Assembly (NCBI GenBank): GCA_944324055.1 | Contig: CALUUV010000001.1 | Span: 1 to 63,032, forward strand | From: Candidatus Gastranaerophilales bacterium | GTDB lineage: Bacteria > Cyanobacteriota > Vampirovibrionia > Gastranaerophilales > Gastranaerophilaceae | DNA length: 63,032 nucleotides | Direction: 5' to 3' | Shown: positions 53,842-63,032 of the stretch, one piece after another | Layout of the letters: each line of letters opens with the position of its first letter | Numbering within the stretch: the first letter of the stretch is position 1 | Program-made: the position numbers and the translations under genes | The notes under the pieces: generated by a model | Database searches by the model: none | Told to the model about the DNA's origin: nothing | What the model saw: the letters and a program-made list of their open reading frames with translations, nothing else

Positions 53842-54204
53842 ATGTTGCTTGTTTGTGTTGGTGGCGGTTTAGGAGCTGTTGCTCGTTATCTATTGTCTGG
53901 GGTTATAAATAAAAAATGCCATCCTTGGGGTACATTTGTTGTAAATGTTTTAGGATGCATTGTGTTTGGAATTTGTATAAAATTTTTCTTATTAAACTAT
54001 ATTAACTCTCAGTTTAAAATATTTTTATTATCTGGTTTTTGCGGTGGGGTTACTACGTTTAGTACATTCTCTAGTGAAACAGCTCATTTATTATTGGGAA
54101 ATAAATCAGAGATAAAAATAGGCTTACAATATCTTATTGCAAGTATATTAATTGGGTTATTAGGTATATCGATTGGTTATTTTTTGCCTAATGTCTTCTC
54201 ATAA
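53842..54204 (+). CDS. crcB: fluoride channel CrcB/Fluc, copy 2
   Basis: GGGLGAVARY, WGTFVVNVLGC and GFCGGVTTFSTFS. It starts on the nt immediately after the copy-1 stop, an arrangement typical of heterodimeric Fluc pairs. Confidence 0.9.
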   Translation: MLLVCVGGGLGAVARYLLSGVINKKCHPWGTFVVNVLGCIVFGICIKFFLLNYINSQFKIFLLSGFCGGVTTFSTFSSETAHLLLGNKSEIKIGLQYLIASILIGLLGISIGYFLPNVFS

Positions 54205-54358
54205 GGTCAGAAAGTTTAATATCTTTGTTTTTTATTGATTTTTCTTTTTTAGGTTGTTCAATAACGGTTTCGTGTCTAAATTGAGATAGTCCAACGCTTT
54301 GTGGGGCAACTTCTTTTATCATAAAAATATCTTGTAAAAAATTAATAATTTCGTGCAT
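54188..54358 (-). CDS. possible 56-aa protein (below ORF-track cutoff)
   Basis: Hand translation gives MHEIINFLQDIFMIKEVAPQSVGLSQFRHETVIEQPKKEKSIKNKDIKLSDLMRRH. Strong SD AAGGAGAATTATATG. Its 3' end overlaps the crcB copy-2 stop region by 17 nt (convergent). Confidence 0.35.
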   Translation of the reverse strand: MHEIINFLQDIFMIKEVAPQSVGLSQFRHETVIEQPKKEKSIKNKDIKLSDLMRRH

Positions 54359-54470
54359 ATAATTCTCCTTATATAATATTATAAGTTATTATTCTTCTAC
54401 TTTATCATTCATTAAACCTATTTTTTAGGGAAAAATCATTATCATTTATGGTATACTCAAAGAGTATTCA

Positions 54471-55184
54471 TTGGAGGAATCTTATTTGAACGAGTGTTAT
54501 GAACATACATTAGATGCGAATTTTAACAAGGCATTAACTTTGTGTTCAGAATCTTATACAAAAGAACAATTGTTATGTTTTTTGAAAGATGGAAACTTGC
54601 CAGAGAAACAGTTTGCTGCTCTTGAATTATCTTCTGTTGACAATCAAGATGAAGCAGATATTTTAATGAGCAATTTGACTGGTTGTGATGGGAAAATCCG
54701 TGAAGCTGTTGCGTTTAAATTAAGAGAACTAATTGATAATCATTCAGATTTATTTTTAAAGTATCCTGATATCTTTGCTAATGCGACTATCGATATAAAT
54801 GCTAATATTTGCAGAGAAATTATAGATGTTTTAGGATATTTAAAAGACGATAAAAATTTTTCTGAAAAGTATCTTGAGAAGGTTGTTCTTTTTATAAATG
54901 AAGCATTAAATACATTAGATAGTTTTAATTTTAGAGATAAAAAATACACTATTAATAAGCAACTATTTAAGATTTATTGGTGTTTAGAAGGTTTAAACGT
55001 ATTTGCAGAATATATTAATGAAGATGAGTTATTTTCTATTTTAAATAGATGTTCTCAAATTCAAGAATATACAATTCGAGAAAAGGTTGCTTTAGTGCTT
55101 AAAAATAATGCTAAATCTGATAAATTAATAGATTTAAAATCCAAATTAAAATTGGATGAAAATTATTATGTTAAAAACGTTTAG
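54471..55184 (+). CDS. hypothetical all-helical protein, possible HEAT/ARM-like repeats
   Basis: 237-aa ORF starting at TTG. Helical-repeat-like text (PEKQFAALELSSVDNQDEADILMSNLTGCDGKIREAVAFKLRELI). No catalytic motif. Confidence 0.45.
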   Translation: MEESYLNECYEHTLDANFNKALTLCSESYTKEQLLCFLKDGNLPEKQFAALELSSVDNQDEADILMSNLTGCDGKIREAVAFKLRELIDNHSDLFLKYPDIFANATIDINANICREIIDVLGYLKDDKNFSEKYLEKVVLFINEALNTLDSFNFRDKKYTINKQLFKIYWCLEGLNVFAEYINEDELFSILNRCSQIQEYTIREKVALVLKNNAKSDKLIDLKSKLKLDENYYVKNV

Positions 55185-55333
55185 TATGTGTCTTTAATCG
55201 CTGCTACAACAACTCGTGCTGCTTCTTTAACTTTTACCGGTTTAAATTCTATTTCTTGAACTGAATCTTCGTTGATTTCTTTTTTATTGTCTTGATATTT
55301 GATTAAAAATTGCATGAATGACTTACTAAACAT
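55181..55333 (-). CDS. possible 50-aa protein (below ORF-track cutoff)
   Basis: Hand translation gives MFSKSFMQFLIKYQDNKKEINEDSVQEIEFKPVKVKEAARVVVAAIKDTY. SD TAGGAGTATTAAATG. It overlaps the 3' end of the convergent 54471..55184 gene by 4 nt. Confidence 0.35.
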   Translation of the reverse strand: MFSKSFMQFLIKYQDNKKEINEDSVQEIEFKPVKVKEAARVVVAAIKDTY

Positions 55334-55440
55334 TTAATACTCCTATTTTAATGCTTATATAATGTTAAAAAATATAATAAATTGCTATTTTTTTTTATAT
55401 TGTTTACAATGAGTAATGAAAATTAAACGAGGAAGCATGT

Positions 55441-56034
55441 ATGCGAATAGTTAACTTAGATTTAGACGAAGATTTTTTAAAACGTTTTTTTGATTTAACA
55501 GGTGATAAGTTGCCTGAGACAATAACACTTGTTTCATTAAAAAAACAGATATTAAATATAAAAGAACGATTCAGAACTATTTTGGCCGATACAAGCGGAG
55601 CTAGCGCAGTTCAAGATAACAATGACTATGTTGAAGAAAAATTGAAGATATCAAGAACCAATAATGTTTTGTTAGTTGATAATTTAGGTGTTATTACTTA
55701 TCAGGTGCAAATGATAATGGAACGTTTAGGATTCCAAATAACAGCAACAAAAGATGTATATGGTGCATTATCTTTATTTGAAGATAAAGATTTTGATTTT
55801 GTATTAATGGATTTATTAATTCCAACAGAGCGAGAAGGATTTATTCTATTAGCAGAATTACAAAATATTGCTAGACGAAAAGGAGCAAATCCTGTTATTG
55901 GAGTTATGTCTGTTGCGGGTAAAAAAGAATTAAAAAACGAATCATTAGAACGAGGGGCTGATTTCTATATAGAAAAATCATACAATTGGCAACAACGTTT
56001 AACAGATATTGTCAAGGATTATATAAGTGCATAA
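55441..56034 (+). CDS. stand-alone response-regulator receiver domain protein with N-terminal extension
   Basis: Receiver text VLLVDNLGV...FDFVLMDLLIP...VIGVMS...FYIEKS supplies a phospho-Asp, a Ser and a Lys at the expected positions. About 70 unassigned N-terminal residues, no output domain, and no kinase gene in the window. Confidence 0.72.
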   Translation: MRIVNLDLDEDFLKRFFDLTGDKLPETITLVSLKKQILNIKERFRTILADTSGASAVQDNNDYVEEKLKISRTNNVLLVDNLGVITYQVQMIMERLGFQITATKDVYGALSLFEDKDFDFVLMDLLIPTEREGFILLAELQNIARRKGANPVIGVMSVAGKKELKNESLERGADFYIEKSYNWQQRLTDIVKDYISA

Positions 56035-56045
56035 AGGTTTATAAT

Positions 56046-56696
56046 ATGAAAAACAAAGGCTTATTTGATGTTATTTCTCCAATTATGATTGGCCCATCAA
56101 GCTCTCATACAGCAGGAGCTATACGCTTAGGGTTAATGGCTCGATGTATTTATAACAATAAGATTAATAAAGTAGAATTTACTTTATACAATTCTTTTGC
56201 TCAAACAGGAAAAGGACACGGAACTGACAAGGGGTTATTGGCTGGTATATTAGGACATTGTGTAGATGATGTGAAGACTAAAGATATTTTTTCTGTAAAA
56301 GGTATAAAGTATAGTTTTAATTTTAAAGAAGATTTAAGTCGTCACCCTAATTCTGTCGATATCAAAATAAATGATGAAATGATGATATCTGGAGATTCAA
56401 TAGGTGCTGGTGAAATTAGGATAACATCAATTAATGGGTTTTCTGTCAATTTGGCAGGTCAATACCACACAATTTTATTAATGTATAAAGATAAGCCTGG
56501 AATGATATCTAAGGCAAGTACAATTATACAGGATAGAAATATAAATATTGCATCACTACATTGTGATAGAAATGAAAAAGGTGGAACAGCATCAATGTAT
56601 TTTGCATTAGATGCAAATCCTCAAGATGAAGTTATTGAAGATATTAAAAAAATTGAAGATGTTTATTTTGTAACAAAAGTTGGGAAATTAGACTAA
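56046..56696 (+). CDS. sdaAB: L-serine ammonia-lyase, iron-sulfur-dependent, beta subunit
   Basis: MKNKGLFDVISPIMIGPSSSHTAGA at the N-terminus and an ACT-like C-terminal domain. ATG at 56046; the track ORF starts at an upstream TTG that overlaps the receiver gene. Confidence 0.92.
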   Translation: MKNKGLFDVISPIMIGPSSSHTAGAIRLGLMARCIYNNKINKVEFTLYNSFAQTGKGHGTDKGLLAGILGHCVDDVKTKDIFSVKGIKYSFNFKEDLSRHPNSVDIKINDEMMISGDSIGAGEIRITSINGFSVNLAGQYHTILLMYKDKPGMISKASTIIQDRNINIASLHCDRNEKGGTASMYFALDANPQDEVIEDIKKIEDVYFVTKVGKLD

Positions 56697-57568
56697 TGAA
56701 TATACTAACATTTGATGAATTGGTTGAAGAGTGTAAAAAACAAGAAAAAAATATATATGAATTAATACAAGAGATAGAAGCAGCTGATGCAGATATTTCA
56801 GTTGAAGAAGTTCGAGCAAATGTTAAATTACATATTGAAACAATGAAATCTACTATTGAAACTGGTATGAAGTCATCTGAAAAGGCTATCAGTCAATGGT
56901 GTGGCGATGATTGTGAAAAGTTACAAAAACGCTATGCTAATAATAAAGCATTGTTAGGTATTTTATTTGAAAAAATAATAACATATTCATTAGCTACAAT
57001 AGAAGAAAATTTAAGAATGGGTAAAGTTGTTGCTTGTCCAACTGCAGGCTCTTGCGGGATTGTTCCTTCTGTAATAATTGCAGTTGCAGAAGAACAAAAT
57101 TTTGATGAAGATACTCAAATTGATGCATTGATAACTGCAGGAGCTATTGGGGCTATTATTTCTAATAAAGTTCAATTAGCTGGAGCAGTTGCAGGATGTC
57201 AAGCTGAGTGTGGTGTTGCTGCAGCTATGTGTGCTGGTGCTTTAACACAAATGCTTGGTGGTAATATTACTCAAATTTTAAATGCAGTAGCTTTGGCTAT
57301 GAAAAATTTATTAGGTTTAACTTGTGATCCAGTTTGTGGATTAGTTGAAGTTCCTTGTATAAAAAGAAATCCTATATTAGCAATTCATGCTGTTACATCA
57401 TCAGAGTTGGCTCTTGCAGGTATAGAGTCTAAAATTCCATTAGATGAGGTAATAGATGCAGTCAGACAAACAGGACAGTTAATGTCTCCGATGCTTAAGG
57501 AATCATCATTAGCAGGACTTGCGACAACAAAAACAGCATTAAAATTGAAAGAAAAGATTTTTGGATAA
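56696..57568 (+). CDS. sdaAA: L-serine ammonia-lyase, iron-sulfur-dependent, alpha subunit
   Basis: Fe-S ligand contexts VACPTAGSCGIVP, AGCQAECGVAAAM and LTCDPVCGLVEVPC. Its start overlaps the sdaAB stop. Confidence 0.93.
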   Translation: MNILTFDELVEECKKQEKNIYELIQEIEAADADISVEEVRANVKLHIETMKSTIETGMKSSEKAISQWCGDDCEKLQKRYANNKALLGILFEKIITYSLATIEENLRMGKVVACPTAGSCGIVPSVIIAVAEEQNFDEDTQIDALITAGAIGAIISNKVQLAGAVAGCQAECGVAAAMCAGALTQMLGGNITQILNAVALAMKNLLGLTCDPVCGLVEVPCIKRNPILAIHAVTSSELALAGIESKIPLDEVIDAVRQTGQLMSPMLKESSLAGLATTKTALKLKEKIFG

Positions 57569-58497
57569 TGAAGATTCTTGGAATATTACCGGAAAGTATT
57601 GGTGGCCGTTTAACAACATCTAGTATATTAGATGGATTTACTATGCTTGGACATAGTGTAACTATTTTTGATGAGTTAAAAGATAGTTATCAATTAAGTA
57701 ATGATTATGATTTAATTGTTGGTTATGATTTTTCTGCATTAAAAATAAAAAAAGATAATAATTTAACAATGAAATCTGTAAATTATTTTTCAGATGAAAT
57801 AAGAAATAGAACATCTGGACCTTATTGGCAAGAATTATTATCAGAATTAGATAAGGACGATAACTATACATTTTATTGGGATAGAGAATTAATTAAACAA
57901 GAAAAATTTAAAAATATATTTTACTTGCCGCATTTTGTAAACACTAATATATACAAAAATTTAGGTTTAAAAGCAGATTGTGATGTAATGTTTGCAGGTC
58001 GTCTAGATACTGATTATCGATTAAATATGATTGTCGATTTAGTAGAAAGTCTAGATGTAAGATTTCGTTGGTATGCAATCGAACGTCATTATAAAGATGC
58101 ACTTTCAAGAGTTAAAAATAAAGAAACTATTGAGAAAATCTATTCTGGATTTATTGACAATGAAAAAGATATGGCAATGGCAATTAATAAATCTAAGATT
58201 GTCATTAATATGAATTCTCAAGGTGTTTCTTCCTTGAACTATCGAACAATGCAAACTATTGCTTGTGGTAAGCTGCTTATTTCTGATAATAGAGATGAGT
58301 TAGATTTATTTGATAATAAAATTCCTGTTTATGAAAATGGTGATGAATTAAAAAATAAGATAATGTATTATTTAGAAAATAGTGATGAGTATAATAAAAT
58401 TACTCAATATTGTCAGGATGTATGTATAAAAAAATATAATTCAATAAGTGGTGTAAATTACATAATATCAAAATTAAATAAACATCAAATTGAATAA
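57568..58497 (+). CDS. CgeB-like glycosyltransferase-family protein (tentative)
   Basis: The C-terminal half resembles the Glyco_trans_1_2/CgeB type (MAMAINKSKIVINMNSQGVSSLNYRTMQTIACGKLLISDN...ELKNKIMYYLENSDEYNKI). Its start overlaps the sdaAA stop. Confidence 0.6.
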   Translation: MKILGILPESIGGRLTTSSILDGFTMLGHSVTIFDELKDSYQLSNDYDLIVGYDFSALKIKKDNNLTMKSVNYFSDEIRNRTSGPYWQELLSELDKDDNYTFYWDRELIKQEKFKNIFYLPHFVNTNIYKNLGLKADCDVMFAGRLDTDYRLNMIVDLVESLDVRFRWYAIERHYKDALSRVKNKETIEKIYSGFIDNEKDMAMAINKSKIVINMNSQGVSSLNYRTMQTIACGKLLISDNRDELDLFDNKIPVYENGDELKNKIMYYLENSDEYNKITQYCQDVCIKKYNSISGVNYIISKLNKHQIE

Positions 58498-58573
58498 TAT
58501 TTACCCCTAACCCATAGACAAAAAATTTTTATGTTATAAAATTAATATGTAAGATTAAGAGGATTTAGTAAAT

Positions 58574-58813
58574 ATGGATCAAATTGTAAAAGTAGTTTGG
58601 GATTTAAATGATAATTCAGAAAATCGTTATCAGTTAGTATACGAAATTGCAGAATTAGCAAAAAAATTAGTTGACGAAACTCAAATGAAAAAAAATCGTG
58701 AAGATTTTGGTTTCGAAGAATATACAGAACCAACATATAAAAAAGAAAATCCAGTTGAACATGCTTTAATGGTTAAAGCTGCTGAAGCTGATGATGATAG
58801 ATTAGTTGGTTAA
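58574..58813 (+). CDS. possible RNA polymerase omega subunit (cyanobacterial-like), tentative
   Basis: 79 aa. NRYQLVYEIAELAKKL resembles the omega core (NRY-x-L/I...A-x-R/K-A). An acidic spacer and a second helix (NPVEHALMVKAAE) follow, matching cyanobacterial omega as I recall it. A good terminator lies downstream. Confidence 0.4.
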   Translation: MDQIVKVVWDLNDNSENRYQLVYEIAELAKKLVDETQMKKNREDFGFEEYTEPTYKKENPVEHALMVKAAEADDDRLVG

Positions 58814-58827
58814 TAAAGTTTTATTTA

Positions 58828-58854
58828 TAGGGCAGTATTTTTCTGCCCTATTTT
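58828..58854 (+). terminator. rho-independent terminator
   Basis: Stem TAGGGCAG / CTGCCCTA with a 7-nt loop, followed by TTTT, 15 nt after the stop at 58813. Confidence 0.75.
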
Positions 58855-58882
58855 AGTGTGTTTTGTGTCAAGGAGTGTAGTT

Positions 58883-59683
58883 ATGCAAAAAACAATAGAT
58901 TTTATCAATAAGCAAATAAAAGATTTTAAACCAGAAATAGGTATTGTTTTAGGTTCTGGCTTAGGTGATTTGGCAGACGAGTTTTGTGAAATTACAATTC
59001 CTTATTCAAAAATTCCAGGGTTTCCTACATCAACTGTTCAAGGACATAAAGGACAACTTGTTTTTGCAACAATTAATGGCAAAAAAGTAATGATGATGCA
59101 AGGAAGATTCCACTATTATGAAGGTCATCCTATGGATGTTGTTACTTTCCCTATCAAAGTAATGAAAAAATTAGGTATTAAAACTGTTATTTTAACTAAT
59201 GCTGCAGGTGGGGTTAATGTATATTTCAAACCTTCTGATTTGATGTTAATAACTGATCATATTAATTTTATGGGAGATAATCCTTTGATTGGTCCTAATG
59301 ATGATTCTTTAGGTACAAGATTCCCTGATATGAGTGAAGTTTATACAAAAGATTTACAAGAATTAGCTAAAACTTGTGCTAAAAAATTAGGAATAGCGCT
59401 TCAGGAAGGTGTTTATATGGCACTTACTGGTCCTACTTATGAAACCCCTGCTGAAGTAAAAATGGTAAGATTGTTAGGCGCTGATGCGGTTGGTATGTCA
59501 ACTGTTCCTGAAGCTATAGTTGCAAGTTATTGTAAAATGAATGTTTTAGGCTTAAGCTGTATATGTAATTCTGCTGCTGGTATAAGTACTGTAGGATTAT
59601 CTCATGAAGAAGTTTTACAAGCTGCAAATGCTGCAAAATCAAAATTTAAAAATTTAGTATTAGAAGTTATAAAGAATATGTAA
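58883..59683 (+). CDS. punA: purine nucleoside phosphorylase (PNP family 2, inosine/guanosine type)
   Basis: GIVLGSGLG, GRFHYYEG, LTNAAGG, LTGPTYETPAE and GADAVGMSTVPE. ATG at 58883 follows SD AAGGAG. Confidence 0.92.
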   Translation: MQKTIDFINKQIKDFKPEIGIVLGSGLGDLADEFCEITIPYSKIPGFPTSTVQGHKGQLVFATINGKKVMMMQGRFHYYEGHPMDVVTFPIKVMKKLGIKTVILTNAAGGVNVYFKPSDLMLITDHINFMGDNPLIGPNDDSLGTRFPDMSEVYTKDLQELAKTCAKKLGIALQEGVYMALTGPTYETPAEVKMVRLLGADAVGMSTVPEAIVASYCKMNVLGLSCICNSAAGISTVGLSHEEVLQAANAAKSKFKNLVLEVIKNM

Positions 59684-59697
59684 GATAAGGAGGCATT

Positions 59698-60534
59698 ATG
59701 TTAAAAGGACCTTTTTTAGATAGAAATTGGATGGGACAAAATCCTGATTATGAAGGTTCTGATATCGTAATGCTTGGTTTACCTTTTGATGGAACTGTTT
59801 CTTATCGTTCAGGCTCTCGTTTTGCTCCTGAACAAATTAGACTTGCAAGTTGGGGATTAGAAGAGTATTCTCCTATTTTTGATAAACATTTAGAAGATTG
59901 TAATTTTCATGATGCAGGTGATTTAGAGTTCCCATTAGGTAATACTAAAAAAACATTAGAAGTTATTGCAGAAAATGTTAGACAGATTTATAAAGACGGA
60001 AAAAGAGTTTTTGGGATTGGTGGAGAACATTTAGTTACTTATCCTGAAATTATTGCAGTTTCTGAGTTTTATAATGATTTGGCAATTGTTCATTTTGATG
60101 CTCATACAGATTTAAGACAAGAGTATATGGGGGAAGAACTTTCTCATTCTGCAGTTATAAGATTATCTACTAAATTTGTAAAACCTGAGAACATCAAACA
60201 AATAGGAATTCGTTCTGGAATGAAGGAAGAATTTGAATTTATGAAAGAACATAATACATTAGCTACATCTTATAAAGATTTAGATAAATTAAGAAATAAA
60301 CCAATTTTTGTGACTGTAGATTTAGATGTTTTAGATACTTCGATTATGCCTGGTACAGGAACTCCAGAAGTTGGCGGTCTTGAGTTTAATGAACTAATTG
60401 GTTGGTTTAAATATTTAAAAGATTTTAATATCGTAGGTGCTGATGTTGTTGAACTTGCGCCTGATTATGATTCATCTGGAGCATCAACTGCAGTTGCTAC
60501 AAAAGTTATTAGAGAATTATTAATGATAATGTAA
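59698..60534 (+). CDS. speB: agmatinase (arginase/ureohydrolase family)
   Basis: Mn-ligand motifs GGEHLVTYP, HFDAHTDL and VTVDLDVLD, plus EL.P at the C-terminus. 278 aa. Confidence 0.87.
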   Translation: MLKGPFLDRNWMGQNPDYEGSDIVMLGLPFDGTVSYRSGSRFAPEQIRLASWGLEEYSPIFDKHLEDCNFHDAGDLEFPLGNTKKTLEVIAENVRQIYKDGKRVFGIGGEHLVTYPEIIAVSEFYNDLAIVHFDAHTDLRQEYMGEELSHSAVIRLSTKFVKPENIKQIGIRSGMKEEFEFMKEHNTLATSYKDLDKLRNKPIFVTVDLDVLDTSIMPGTGTPEVGGLEFNELIGWFKYLKDFNIVGADVVELAPDYDSSGASTAVATKVIRELLMIM

Positions 60535-60553
60535 TTGTAATCAAATAATTTAG

Positions 60554-62548
<1,995 letters not shown>

Positions 62549-62556
62549 GGGTAATT

Positions 62557-63003
62557 ATGAGAAAGAATTTAAGAGTTATTCAAATAAATGGTTTTAGAGG
62601 TATTTGTCTAGCATTAGCAATATTAGCATGCTTAATCGCTGGGTTCATTGTATTCCCTGGGTTGGTTGTAATGACTGCTTGGAATTTTATATCTGCTAAA
62701 ACAATGTTAATACCAGCTTTAGGAATAATTCAAGGTGTCCTATTATGGGGCATAATGGTTGTAAGTTATATGATAATTAAAAAACGTCATGTAATGGTTT
62801 CATTCAAAACTCCAACAGAATTATCTGACGAAGAGTTAGATGAAGTCATGGAACGTATCAAATTAGATACAACAACTAAAATGATGTCAGAAATCATTGC
62901 AAAGTCAAAGATGGAGAAAAAGCCTACAATCATTAGTGCAGAAGAATTAGAGAAAGAAATTTCAAAAGAATTAGAAATTTCAAATAAAAATGTTGACAAT
63001 TAA
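62557..63003 (+). CDS. hypothetical membrane protein (2 TM spans, acidic/basic C-terminal tail)
   Basis: 148 aa. TM spans ICLALAILACLIAGFIVFPGLVVM and GIIQGVLLWGIMVVSYMII. Starts 9 nt after ligA. Confidence 0.5.
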   Translation: MRKNLRVIQINGFRGICLALAILACLIAGFIVFPGLVVMTAWNFISAKTMLIPALGIIQGVLLWGIMVVSYMIIKKRHVMVSFKTPTELSDEELDEVMERIKLDTTTKMMSEIIAKSKMEKKPTIISAEELEKEISKELEISNKNVDN

Positions 63004-63032
63004 TTATGTCCTTAATACAATAATATTGTTGC

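Overview
This is a visibly AT-rich bacterial chromosomal segment with about 60 protein genes and one structured RNA. I saw no rRNA, tRNA, CRISPR array, transposase, integrase or phage structural gene. Housekeeping content: smc (3' part)-scpA-scpB, metG, tdk, deoC, ychF, fliW-csrA, a long Bacillus-type SRP RNA, a divergent pheA/aroF pair, pheT, serS, murT-pdxJ, wecB, tandem crcB, sdaAB-sdaAA, punA, speB and ligA. An MFP-RND-TolC efflux operon suggests a diderm host. Lineage cannot be fixed without a search. The mix of pdxJ, a cyanobacterial-looking omega-like gene, fliW-csrA and a TolC/RND operon in a low-GC genome hints weakly at an uncultured lineage such as Vampirovibrionia (Melainabacteria). 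Between the core genes sit many lineage-specific genes I cannot assign. The most unusual items are: (1) a 2,257-aa end-to-end coiled-coil giant gene whose stop overlaps the start of an FAD oxidase gene; (2) a co-directional cutA / HExxH metallopeptidase-like / Cys-less HNH nuclease string just downstream; (3) a GGGtGRT-family gene paired with a NifU-like scaffold gene; (4) murT with no adjacent gatD, coupled instead to pdxJ and a zinc-ribbon gene; (5) a Cas4-like Fe-S nuclease translationally coupled to a PfkB kinase among nucleoside-salvage genes; (6) fliW-csrA with an unusually long CsrA tail and no flagellar genes nearby; (7) several small ORFs below the track cutoff and short repeated sequence motifs. 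All functional calls rest on motifs read by eye. No database search was run.
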